From: Haplodiscus bocki
Taxonomy: Eukaryota
Length of the DNA stretch: 64,000 bases
Direction: 5' to 3'
NCBI GenBank assembly: GCA_965655095.1
Contig: OZ296649.1
Span: 120,342,001 to 120,406,000 of the forward strand
The notes below the pieces were generated by a model. The model was given only the letters and a program-made list of their open reading frames with translations. It was not told the origin of the DNA and made no database searches. Position 1 is the first letter of the stretch. Each line of letters starts with the position of its first letter. Positions 11,464 through 24,600 of this stretch are shown piece by piece. A program made the position numbers and the translations under genes.

Positions 11464-12619
11464 CAGGGCTATGGAAAAATTGGAGCATTCCAATAACTGC
11501 CAATAATGGAAGCCGTTATTTGATGGAATCATTTTTGAAATTGCCATTAATCGATGGAAACGCAGCCCCACTTTTAAACATTATCTCCCGGGCCGATGTA
11601 CTGTACAGATTGAAGTGGCGTTTGACAAATAATACGTTCTTATCTAGTATTTACAAATGAAGAGTGACCTTAATACTGTCTATCTTGAGAGATGATGCAG
11701 CACTGCCTGCTCGTCGCTTGTTGCAATTACTTAAGCGGTGTTTTGTGTTTCTCTTGTGTGCTGTGTTTTTCATCGCACTATGTATGGCGCCTTCGAAACG
11801 CATTACTGATAACGAACGTTACGCATAAATATATTTCACTCCAAGGGGAGAAGGAATGAAGAGAAATATCGTTGTGCGGATGTTTTTTCCTAGAAAACTG
11901 GGAAGGTTTATTCAATTTTAATGTCTCATATCAAAGTATTCTATGAGAAATATGAACGAGAAGCAAAAAACAATCAAGGCACTCTTAGGAATATTGAGAG
12001 TTCGCCTGTTGTTATGAACGTTTAAGGGTGGATTGACTGGAATTGTTGCGGACTAAAGCCATTTTACACTGTGGAAAACGACCTGGATCGCTGATATTCA
12101 GGATTAAATCCTATCTCTTATAAAGCGTTCATGAAGTTTTGGGAATTATTTACCTAATTCGTGTGGCAAACGAAAGTCGTGAGACAAACAAGTTTGCATT
12201 GGTATTAGATGGATGGGGGAAATGCAGATATTTTTGAAACTCATGATGAAGGAAACTTTGCAGAAGGAACTTTGGCATAAAAGTCGAACAAAGAAGAATC
12301 TGGATTTATGAACTGCAATTTCCTTTTATCCACCTCAAACATTGTTGAGCGTTTCTTCGGTTTGTTGGGAAATGCGTTAATTGAGCATCACCAATCTTTT
12401 TGAATTCGGAGCATTTGGAGGAGCAGCTCCTCCTAAAAGTCAACAAGCGGTTCTGGAGGCCACAAACTGTCGATTCTGCTTATAATCAATAACTCGATTA
12501 AATTTTCCATTAATGGCCCTTAGTGGATGAATGGATTTTCATTTTTCAAAATTGCCATTAAAGTACTTTTCATCTTTTCAAAATAAAAACTAACTTCCAT
12601 TAGCTTTTCCGTAGCCCTG
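11464..12619 (+). mobile_element. Non-autonomous hAT DNA transposon, ~1.16 kb (first complete copy in the array)
   Basis: Left end CAGGGCTATGGAAAAATT and right end TTTTCCGTAGCCCTG are inverted repeats with a hAT-type CAGGG terminus. CCATTAATGG-like subterminal repeats occur at both ends, and transposase remnants lie inside. Confidence 0.9.
11784..12492 (+). pseudogene. Internally deleted, frameshifted hAT transposase relic (present in every unit)
   Basis: Stitched across frames and copies: MAPSKRITDNERYAKFYFTP..KCRCAAV..KTGKGYSILMSHIK (BED-like), IYGWIDWICCGLKPFYTVENDLDRRYSKLNPISYKTFMKYLELVT (hAT DNA-binding/dimerisation helices), KFALVLDGW (first catalytic Asp, 12190-12216), then directly NFAEEILA..YMNCKFLLPTSNLVERFFS..EHLEEQLLLKVNKRFWSPQTVDSAYNQ* (C-terminal hATC domain with the catalytic Glu). 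Confidence 0.88.
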
Positions 12620-15600
12620 ACCAGTAGTAACAAGTTTCTTGAACCCCCTTGCGTGGAAGCAAATTCCTATGGATTGGTTAATTTTCACTCGTTCGTGGCT
12701 TAACCCATCATCGTCCGTACGAGGTACGTGATATATTTCTCCAATGCTCAAAAACATGACGTTGGGTTGTTCGACAATTCAAGACCGACATCTGACGCCT
12801 CAGCACTTGCCGGGCCTGATATTTTCAGGCGCCTGACTAGGTAGGTGCCCCCCTTTCTCAAACAGGAAGAATCAATCGATTTTTTTGCTGTTGTCAATCA
12901 TTCCATTTCATTAACTCCACTTACATAAATATTTCAAGGAGATTGCGTTGAAGCGCTAATGGGAAGACTCAACAGAGCCATAACCTTTACGAACAATGCA
13001 AATATTCAGTTTCGTTCGGACAAGCGGCTGGACGGAAATTAATGGACAAGTTTCTGACATCAAATTGGGGTAGTACCACTTGCAGAACTGATGGTATTTT
13101 GTGGAAAGTTAATGTTAAAAAATTATTTGGTGTACGATATCTCACAGTATCGTTAGTTATGTGCACTCTATCTTTCCAAGCTAAGTTGGCTGCGTTTTTC
13201 TACAAAAATTTATCTGTTACAAAATTGAAGGTTTGGATATGCAAATTTTAAGCTAAACACTCCACCCCCCCCACCCGAAACGACCACCACCAACAGGGCT
13301 ATGGAAAAATTGGAGCGTTCCAATAACTGCCAATAATGGAAGCCGTTATTTGATGGAATCATTTTTGAAATTGCCATTAATCGATGGAAACGCAGCCCCA
13401 CTTTTAGCCATTATCTCCCGGGCCGATGTACTGTACAGATTGAAGTGGCGTTTGACAAATAATACGTTCTTATCTAGTATTTACCAGTGAAGAGTGACCT
13501 TAATACTGTCTATCTTGAGAGATAATGCAGCACTGCCTGCTCGTCGCTTGTTGCAATTACTTAAGCGGTGTTTTGTGTTTCTCTTGTGTGCTGTGTTTTT
13601 CATCGCACTATGTATGGCGCCTTCGAAACGCATTACTGATAACGAACGTTACGCATAAATATATTTCACTCCAAGGGGAGAAGGAATGAAGAGAAATATC
13701 GTTGTGTGGATGTTTTTTCCTAGAAAACTGGGAAGGTTTATTCAATTTTAATGTCTCATATCAAAGTATTCTATGAGAAATATGAACGAGAAGCAAAAAA
13801 CAATCAAGGCACTCTTAGGAATATTGAGAGTTCGCCTGTTGCTATGAACGTTTAAGGGTGGATTGACTGGAATTGTTGCGGACTAAAGCCATTTTACACT
13901 GTGGAAAATGACCTGGATCGCTGATATTCAGGATTAAATCCTGTCTCTTATAAAACGTTCATGATGTTTTGGGAATTGTTCACCTAATTCGTGTGGCAAA
14001 CGACATTCGTGAGACAAACAAATTTGCATTGGTATTAGATGGATGGGGGAACTGCAGATATTTTTGAAACTCAAGTTGAAAGGAACTTTGCAGAAGAAAT
14101 TTTGGCATAAAAGTCGAACAAAGAAAAATCTGTATATATGAACTGCAAACTCCTCTTACCCACCTCAAACCTTGTTGAGCGTTTCTTCAGTTTGTTGGGA
14201 AATGCATTAAATGAACATCACCAATCTTTTTGAGTTCGAAGCCTTTGGAGGAGCAGCTCCTCCTAAAAGCCAACAAGCGGTTTTGGAGCCCACAAACTGT
14301 CGTTTCTGCTTATAATCAAAAACTCAATTAAATTTTCCTTTAATGGCCCCTGGTGGATGAATGGATTTTCAATTTTCAGTGTTGCCATTAATGGTTTTTT
14401 CACCTTTTCAAATTAGAAAGTAGCTCCCATTAATTTTTCCGTAACCCTGACCACCAGTAGTAACAAGATTTTTGAACCTTTTTGCGTGGAAGCAAATTCC
14501 TTTGGATTGGTTAGTTTTCACTCGTTCGTGGCTTAAGCCATCATCGTCCGTACGAGGTACGTGATATATTTCTCCAATGCTCGAAAACATGACGTTGGGT
14601 TGTTCGACAATTCAAGACCGAAATCTGACGCCTCAGCACTTGCCGGGCCTGATATTTTCAGGCGCCTGACTAGGTAGGTGCCCCCCTTTCTCAAACGGGA
14701 AGAATCAATCGATTTTTTTGCTGTTGTCAATCATTCCATTTCATTAACTCCACTTACATGAATGTTTCAAAGAGATTGCGTTGAAGCGCTAATGTGAGGA
14801 CTCAACAGAGCCATAACATTTACAAAAATTGCAAATATTCAGTTTCGTTCGGACAAACGGCTGGACGGAATTTAAGGGGTAAGTTTCTGACATCAAATTG
14901 GGATAGTACCACTTACAGAACTGATGGTATTGTGCGGAAAGATACAGTAAAAAAAATTAAGTGATGTATGATATCTCACCGTATCGTTAGTTGTGTGCAC
15001 TCTATCATTCAAAGATAAGTTGGCTAAGTTTTTCTACAAAAACTTATCTGTCACAAAAATGAATATTTGGATATGGATATTTTAAGCTAAAAACACTCCA
15101 CCCGCCCCCCCCCCGCCCCAAACCACCACCACCAACAGGGCTATGGAAAAATTGGAGCATTCCAATAATTGCCATTAATGGAAGCCGTTATTTGATGGAA
15201 TCATTTTTGAAGTTGCCATTAATGGATGGAAACGCAGCCCCACTATTAGCCATTATTTCCAGGGCCGATGTACTGTACAGATTGAAGTGGCGTTTGACAA
15301 ATAATACGTCCTTATCTAGTATTTACAAATGAAGAGTGACCTTAATACTGTCTATCTTGAGAGATAATGCAGCACTGCCTGCTCGTCGCTTGTTGCAATT
15401 ATTTAAGCGGTGTTTTGTGTTTCTCTTGTGTGCTGTGTTATTCATCGCACTATGTATGGCGCCTTCGAAACGCATTACTGAAAATGAACGTTACGCATAA
15501 TTTTAATTCACTCCAAGGGGAGAAGATATGAAGAGAAATGTTGTTGTGCGGCTGTTGATTCCTAGAAAACTCGAAAGGTTTATTCATTTTTAATGCCTCA

Positions 15601-18600
15601 TATCAAAGTGTTCTATGAGAACTTTGAACGAGAAGCAAAAAACAATCAAGGCACTTTTAGGAACAATGAGATTTTTCCTGTTGTTTTGACCTTTTAGGAG
15701 TGGATTGACTGGATTTGTTGTGGATTAAAGCCATTTTAAACTGTGGAAAATGACCTGGATTGCTGATATTCAAAAGTAAATCCTATCTCTTATAAAACGT
15801 TCAAGATGTTTTGTGAATTATTTACCTAATTCGTGTGGCAAACGAAAAGTGCGAGACAAACAAATTTGCATTGGTATTAGATGGATGGGGGAACTGCAGA
15901 TTTTTTTGAAACTCATGATGAAGGAAACTTTGCAGAAGAAATTTTGGCATAAAAGTCGAACAAAGAAGAATCTGTATATAATAACTGCAAAATCCTCTTA
16001 CCCACCTCAAACCTTGTTGAGCGTTTCTTCAGTTTGTTGGGAAATGCATTAAATGAGCATCACCAGTCTTTTTGAGTTCGAAGCATTTGGAGGAGCAGCT
16101 CCTCCTAAAAGCCAACAAGCGGTTCTGGAGCCCACAAACTGTCGTTTCTGCTTATAATCAAAAACTCAATTAAATTTTCCTTTAATGGCCCCCGGTGGAT
16201 GAATGGATTTTCAATTTTCAGTGTTGCCTTTAATGGTTTTTTCACCTTTTCAAATTAGAAAGTAGCTCCCATTAATTTTTCCGTAACCCTGACCACCAGT
16301 AGTAACAAGATTTTTGAACCTTTTTGCGTGGAAGCAAATTCCTTTGGATTTGTTAGTTTTCACTCGTTCGTGGCTTAAGCCATCATCGTCCGTACGAGGT
16401 ACGTGATATATTTCTCCAATGCTCGAAAACATGACGTTGGGTTGTTCGACAATTCAAGACCGAAATCTGACGCCTCAGCACTTGCCGGGCCTGATATTTT
16501 CAGGCGCCTGACTAGGTAGGTGCCCCCTTTCTCAAACGGGATCAATCAATCGATTTTTTTGCTGTTGTCAATCATTCCATTTCATTAACTGCACTTACAT
16601 AAATGTTTCAAGGAGATTGCGTTGAAGCGCTAATGGGAAGACTCAACAGAGCCATAACCTTTACGAACAATGCAAATATTCAGTTTCGTTCGGACAAGCG
16701 GCTGGACGGAAATTAATGGGCAAGTTTCTGACATCAAATTGGGGTAGTACCACTTGCAGAACTGATGGTATTATGTGGAAAGTTGATGATAAAAAAATAT
16801 TTGGTGTACGATATCTCACCGTATCGTTAGTTGTGTGCACTCTATCTTTCCAAGCTAAGTTGGCTGCGTTTTTCTACAAAAATTTATCTGTCACAAAATT
16901 GAAGATTTGGATAGGGATATTTTAAGCTAAAAACACACCACCCCCCCCACCCGAAACCACCACCACCAACAGGGCTATGGAAAAATTGGAGCATTCCAAT
17001 AACTGCCATTAATGGAAGCCGTTATTTGATGGAATCATTTTCTGAAATTGCCATTAATCGATGGAAACGCAGCCCCACTTTTAGCCATTATCTCCCGGGC
17101 CGATGTACTGTACAGATTGAAGTGGCGTTTGACAAATAATACGTTCTTATCTAGTATTTACCAATGAAGAGTGACCTTAATACTGTCAATCTTGAGAGAT
17201 AATGCAGCACTGCCTGCTCGTCGCTTGTTGCAATTACTTAAGCGGTGTTTTGTGTTTCTCTTGTGTGCTGTGTTTTTCATCGCACTATGTATGGCGCCTT
17301 CGAAACGCATTACTGATAACGAACGTTACGCATAAATATATTTCACTCCAAGGGGAGAAGGAATGAAGAGAAATATCGTTGTGCGGATGTTTTTTCCTAG
17401 AAAACTGGGAAGGTTTATTCAATTTTAATGTCTCATATCAAAGTGTTCTATGAGAACTTTGAACGAGAAGCAAAAAACAATCAAGGCACTCTTAGGAATA
17501 TTGAGAGTTCGCCTGTTGTTTTCACCTTTTAGGAGTGGATTGACTGGATTTGTTGTGGATTAAAGCCATTTTAAACTGTGGAAAATGACCTGGATTGCTG
17601 ATATTCAAAAGTAAATCCTATCTCTTATAAAACGTTCAAGATGTTTTGGGAATTATTTACCTAATTCGTGTGGCAAACGAAAATCGCGAGACAAACAAAT
17701 TTGCATTGGTATTAGATGGATGGGGGAACTGCAGATATTTTTGAAACTCATGATGAAGGAAACTTTGCAGAAGAAACTTTGGCATAAAAGTCGAACAAAG
17801 AAGAATCTGTATATATGAACTGCAAATTCCTCTTACCCACCTCAAACCTTGTTGAGCGTTTCTTCAGTTTGTTGGGAAATGCATTAAATGAGCATCACCA
17901 ATCTTTTTGAGTTCGAAGCATTTGGAGCAGCAGCTCCTCCTAAAAGCCAACAAGCGGTTCTGGAGCCCACAAACTGTCGATTCTGCTTATAATCAATAAC
18001 TCGATTAATTTTTCCATTATTGGCCCCTAGTGGATGAATGGACTTTCGTTTTTCAGTATTGCCATTAATGGATTTTTCACCTTGTCAAATTAGAAATTAG
18101 TCCCCAATAACTTTTCCGTAACCCTGACCACCAGTAGTAACAAGATTTTTGAACCTTTTTGCGTGGAAGCAAATTCCTTTGGATTGGTTAGTTTTCACTC
18201 GTTCGTGGCTTAAGCCATCATCGTCCGTACGAGGTACGTGATATATTTCTCCAATGCTCGAAAACATGACGTTGGGTTGTTCGACAATTCAAGACCGACA
18301 TCTGACGCCTCAGCACTTGCCGGGCCTGATATTTTCAGGCGCCTGACTAGGTAGGTGCCCCCCTTTCTCAAACGGGAAGAATCAATCGATTTTTTTGCTG
18401 TTGTCAATCATTCCATTTCATTAACTCCACTTACATGAATGTTTCAAAGAGATTGCGTTGAAGCGCTAATGGGCGGACTCAACAGAGCCATAACATTTAC
18501 GAAAAATGCAACTATTCAGTTTCGTTCGGACAAACGGCTGATTGGAATTTAATGGGCAAGTTTCTGACATCAAATTGGGATAGTACCACTTACAGAACTG

Positions 18601-21600
18601 ATGGTATTGTGTGGAAAGATACAGTGAAAAAAATTAAGTGATGTATGATATCCCACCGTATCGTTAGTTGTATGCACTCTATCATTCAAAGCTAAGTTGG
18701 CTGCGTTTTTCTAGAAAAACTTATCTGTCACAAAATTGAATATTTGGATATGGATATTTTAAACTAAAAACACCCCACCCCCCCCCTCCCCCCGCCCCAA
18801 ACCAACACCACCAACAGGGCTATGGAAAAATTAATGGAGCATTCCAATAATTGCCATTAATGGAAGCCGTCATTTGATGGAATCGTTTTTGAAATTGCCA
18901 TCAATGGATGGAAACGCAGCCCCACTTTTAGCCATTATCTCCAGCGCCGATGTACTGTACAGATTGAAGTGGCGTTTGACAAATAATACGTCCCTATCTA
19001 GTATTTACAAATGAAGAGTGACTCTAATACTGTCTATCTTGAGAGATAATGCAGCACTGCCTGCTCGTCGCTTGTTGCAGTTTTTTAGGCGGTGTTTTGT
19101 GTTTCTCTTGTGTGCTGTGTTATTCATCGCACTATGTATGGCACTTTCGAAACGCATTACTGATAACAAACGTTACGCAAAATCTTATTTCATTCCAACG
19201 GGAGAAGAAATGAAGAGAAATGTCGTTGTGCGGATGTTCTTTCCTAGGAAGCTGGGAAGGTTTATTCAATTTTAATGTCTCATATCAAAGTATTCTACGA
19301 GAAATATGAACGAGAAGCAAAAAACAAGCAAGGCACTCTCAGGCATTTTGAGAGTTCGCCTGTTGTTATGAACATTTAGGGGTGGATTGACTGGATTTGT
19401 TGCGTACTAAAGCCATTTTACACTGTGGAAAATTACCTGGATCGCTGATATTCAGGATTAAATTCTATCTCTCTTAAAACGTTCATGATGTTTTGAGAAT
19501 TATTTACCAAAATCGTGTGGCAAACGAAAGTCGTGAGACAAACAAATTTGCATTGGTATTAGATGGATGGGGGAAACGCAGATAATTTTGAAACTCATGA
19601 TGAAGGAAACTTTGCAGAAGAAATTTTGGCATAAAAGTCGAACAAAGAAAAATCTGTATATATGAACTGCAAATTCCTCTTACCCACCTCAAACCTTGTT
19701 GAGCGTTTCTTCAGTTTGTTGGGAATTGCTTTAACTGAGCATCACAAATGTTTTTGACTTCGAAGCACTTGGAGGAGCAGCTCCTCTCGAAAAGTCAATA
19801 AGCGGTTCTGGAGCCCACAAACCGTCGATTCTGCTTATAATAAATAACTCGAATAAATTTTCCATTAATGGCCCCTAATGGATGAATGGATTTTCAATTT
19901 TCAATATTGCCAATAATGGATTTTTCATCTTGTCAAATTAGAAATTAGTTTCCAATGATTTTTCCGTAACCCTGACCACCAGTAGTACCAAGATTTCTGA
20001 ACCTTTTTGCGTGGAAGCAAATTCCTTTGGATTGGTTAGTTTTCACTCGTTCGTGGCTTGAGCCATCATCGTCCGTACGAGGTACGTGATATATTTCTCC
20101 AATGCTCGAAAACATGACGTTGGGTTGTTCGACAATTGAAGACCGACATCTGACGCCTCAGCACTTGCCGGGCCTGATATTTTCAGGCGCCTGACTAGGT
20201 AGGTGCCCCCCTTTCTCAAACAGGAAGAATCAATCGATTTTTTTACTGTTGTCAATCATTCCATTTCATTAACTCCACTTACATAAATGTTTCAAGGAGA
20301 TTGCGTTGAAGCGCTAATGGGAAGACTCAACAGAGCCATAACCTTTACGAACAATGCAAATATTCAGTTTCGTGCGGACAAACGGCTGGACGGAATTGAA
20401 TGGGCAAGTTTCTGACATCAAATTGGGATAGTACTACTTACAGAACTGATGGTATTGTGTGGAAAGATACAGTAAAAAAATTATTTGATGTATGATATCT
20501 CACCGTATCGTTAGTTGTGTGCACTCTATCATTCAAAGCTAAGTTGGCTGCGTTTTTCCAGAAAAACTTATCTGTCACAAAATTGAGTATTTGGATATGG
20601 ATATTTTAAACTAAAAACACCCCACCCCCCTCCCTCCGCCCCAAATCATCACCACCAACAGGGCTATGAAAAAATTAATGGAGCATTCCAATTATTGCCA
20701 TTAATGGAAGCCGTTATTTGATGGAATCATTTTTGAAATTGCCATTAATGGATGGAAACGCAGCCCCACTTTTAGCCATTATCTCCAGGGCCGATGTACA
20801 GTACAGATTGAAGTGGCGTTTGACAAATAATACGTCCCTATCTAGTAATTACAAATGAAGAGTGACTCTAATACTGTCTATCTTGAGAGATGATGCAGCA
20901 CTGCCTGCTCGTCGATTGTTGCAGTTTTTCAGGCGGTGTTTTGTGTTTCTCTTGTGTGCTGTGTTATTCATCGCACTATGTATGGCGCCTTCAAAACGCA
21001 TTACTGATAACGAACGTTACGCAAAATTATATTTCATTCCAACGGGAGAAGAAATGAAGAGAAATATCGATGTGCGGATGTTCTTTCCTAGGAAGCTGGG
21101 AAGGTTTATTCAATTTTAATGTCTCATATCAAAGTATTCTACGAGAAATATGAACGAGAAGCAAAAAACAAGCAAGGCACTCTAAGGCATATTGAGAGTT
21201 CGCCTGTTGTTATGAATATTTAGGGGTGGATTGACTGGATTTGTTGCGTACTAAAGCCATTTTACACTGTGGAAAATGACCTGGATCGCTGATATTCAGG
21301 ATTAAATTCTATCTCTTTTAAAACGTTCATGATGTTTTGAGAATTATTTACCAAATTCGTGTGGCAAACGAAAGTCGTGAGACAAACAAATTTGCATTGG
21401 TATTAGATGGATTGGAGAAACGCAGATATTTTTGAAACTCATGATGAAGGAAACTTTGCAGAAGAAACTTTGGCATAAAAGTCGAACAAGGAAGAATCTG
21501 TATATATGAACTGCAATTTCCTCTTACCCACCTCAAACCTTGTTGAGCGTTTCTTCAGTTTGTTGGGAAATGCATTAAATGAGCATCACCAATCTTTTTG

Positions 21601-24600
21601 AGTTCGAAGCATTTGGAGAAGCAGCTCCTCCTAAAAGCCAACAAGCGGTTCTGGAGCCCACAAACTGTCGATTCTGCTTATAATAAATAACTCGATTATT
21701 TTTTCCATTATTGGCCCCTAGTGGATGAATGGACTTTCATTTTTCAGTATTGCCATTAAAGGATTTTTCACCTTGTCAAATTAGAAATTAGTCCCCAATA
21801 ACTTTTCCGTAACCCTGACCACCAGTAGTAACAAGATTTTTGAACCTTTTTGCGTGGAAGCAAATTCCTTTGGATTGGTTAGTTTTCACTCGTTCGTGGC
21901 TTAAGCCATCATCGTCCGTACGAGGTACGTGATATATTTCTCCAATGCTCGAAAACATGACGTTGGGTTGTTCGACAATTCAAGACCGACATCTGACGCC
22001 TCAGCACTTGCCGGGCCTGATATTTTCAGGCGCCTGACTAGGTAGGTGCCCCCTTTCTCAAACGGGAAGAATCAATCGATTTTTTTGCTGTTGTCAATCA
22101 TTCCATTTCATTAACTCCACTTACATGAATGTTTCAAAGAGATTGCGTTGAAGCGCTAATGGGCGGACTCAACAGAGCCATAACATTTACGAAAAATGCA
22201 ACTATTCAGTTTCGTTCGGACAAACGGCTGATTGGAATTTAATGGGCAAGTTTCTGACATCAAATTGGGATAGTACCACTTACAGAACTGATGGTATTGT
22301 GTGGAAAGATACAGTGAAAAAAATTAAGTGATGTATGATATCCCACCGTATCGTTAGTTGTGTGCACTCTATCATTCAAAGCTAAGTTGGCTGCGTTTTT
22401 CTAGAAAAACTTATCTGTCACAAAATTGAATATTTGGATATGGATATTTTAAACTAAAAACACCCCACCCCCCCTCCCCCCGCCCCAAACCAACACCACC
22501 AACAGGGCTATGGAAAAATTAATGGAGCATTCCAATAATTGCCATTAATGGAAGCCGTCATTTGATGGAATTGTTTTTGAAATTGCCATTAATGGATGGA
22601 AACGCAGCCCCACTTTTAGCCATTATCTCCAGGGCCGATGTACTGTACACATTGAAGTGGCGTTTGACAAATAATACGTCCCTATCTAGTATTTACAAAT
22701 GAAGAGTGACTCTAATACTGTCTATCTTGAGAGATAATGCAGCACTGCCTGCTCGTCGCTTGTTGCAGTTTTTTAGGCGGTGTTTTGTGTTTCTCTTGTG
22801 TGCTGTGTTATTCATCGCACTATGTATGGCGCCTTCAAAACGCATTACTGATAACGAACGTTACGCAAAATTATATTTCATTCCAACGGGAGAAGAAATG
22901 AAGAGAAATATCGATGTGCGGATGTTCTTTCCTAGGAAGCTGGGAAGGTTTATTCAATTTTAATTTCTCATATCAAAGTATTCTACGAGAAATATGAACG
23001 AGAAGCAAAAAACAAGCAAGGCACTCTAAGGCATATTGAGAGTTCGCCTGTTGTTATGAACATTTAGGGGTGGATTGACTGGATTTGTTGCGTACTAAAG
23101 CCATTTTACACTGTGGAAAATGACCTGGATCGCTGATATTCAGGATTAAATTCTATCTCTTTTAAAACGTTCATGATGTTTTGAGAATTATTTACCAAAT
23201 TCGTGTGGCAAACGAAAGTCGTGAGACAAACAAAATTGCATTGGTATTAGATGGATGGGGGAAACGCAGATATTTTTGAAACTTATGATGAAGGAAACTT
23301 TGCAGAAGAAATTTTGGCATAAAAGTCGAAGAAAGAAAAATCTGTATATATGAACTGCAAATTCCTCTTACCCACCTCAAACCTTGTTGAGCGTTTCTTC
23401 AGTTTGTTGGGAATTGCTTTAACTGAGCATCACCAATGTTTTTGACTTCGAATCACTTGGAGGAGCAGCTCCTCCCTAAAAGTCAATAAGCGGTTCTGGA
23501 GCCCACAAACCGTCGATTCTGCTTATATTAAATAACTCGATTAAATTTTCCATTAATGGCCCTTAATGGATGAATGGATTTTCAATTTTCAATATTGCCA
23601 ATAATGGATTTTTCATCTTGTCAAATTAGAAATTAGTTTCCAATAATTTTTCCGTAACCCTGACCACCAGTAGTAACAAGATTTCTGAACCTTTTTGCGT
23701 GGAAACAAATTCCTTTGGATTGGTTAGTTTCCACTCGTTCGTGGCTTAAGCCATCATCGTCCGTACGAGGTACGTGATATATTTCTCCAATGCTCGAAAA
23801 CATGACGTTGGGTTGTTCGACAATTGAAGACCGACATCTGACGCCTCAGCACTTGCCGGGCCTGATATTTTCAGGCGCCTGACTAGGTAGGTGCCCCCCT
23901 TTCTCAAACGGGAAGAATCAATCGATTCTTTTGCTGTTGTCAATCATTCCATTGCAATAATTCCACTTACATGATTGTTTCAAAGAGATTGCGTTGAAGC
24001 GCTAATGGGCGGACTCAACAGAGCCATAACATTTACGAAAATTGCAAAAATTCAGTTTCGTGCGGACAAACGGCTGGACGGAATTTAATGGGCAAGTTTC
24101 TGACATCAAATTGGGATAGTACTACTTACAGAACTGATGGTATTGTGTGGAAAGATACAGTAAAAAAATTATTTGATGTATGATATCTCACCGTATCGTT
24201 AGTTGTGTGCACTCTATCATTCAAAGCTAAGTTGGCTGCGTTTTTCTAGAAAAACTCATCTGTCACAAAATTGAATATTTGGATATGGATATTTTAAACT
24301 AAAAACACCCCACCCCCCCTCCCCCGCCCCAAACCAACACCACCAACAGGGCTATGGAAAAATTAATGGAGCATTCCAATAATTGCCATTAATGGAAGCC
24401 GTCATTTGATGGAAGCATTTTTGAAATTGCCATTAATGGATGGAAACGCAGCCCCATTTTCAGCCATTATCTCCAGGGCCGATGTACTGTACAGATTGAA
24501 GTGGCGTTTGACAAATAATACGTCCCTATCTAGTATTTACAAAAGAAGAGTGACTCTAATACTGTCTATCTTGAGAGATAATGCAGCACTGCCTGATCGT

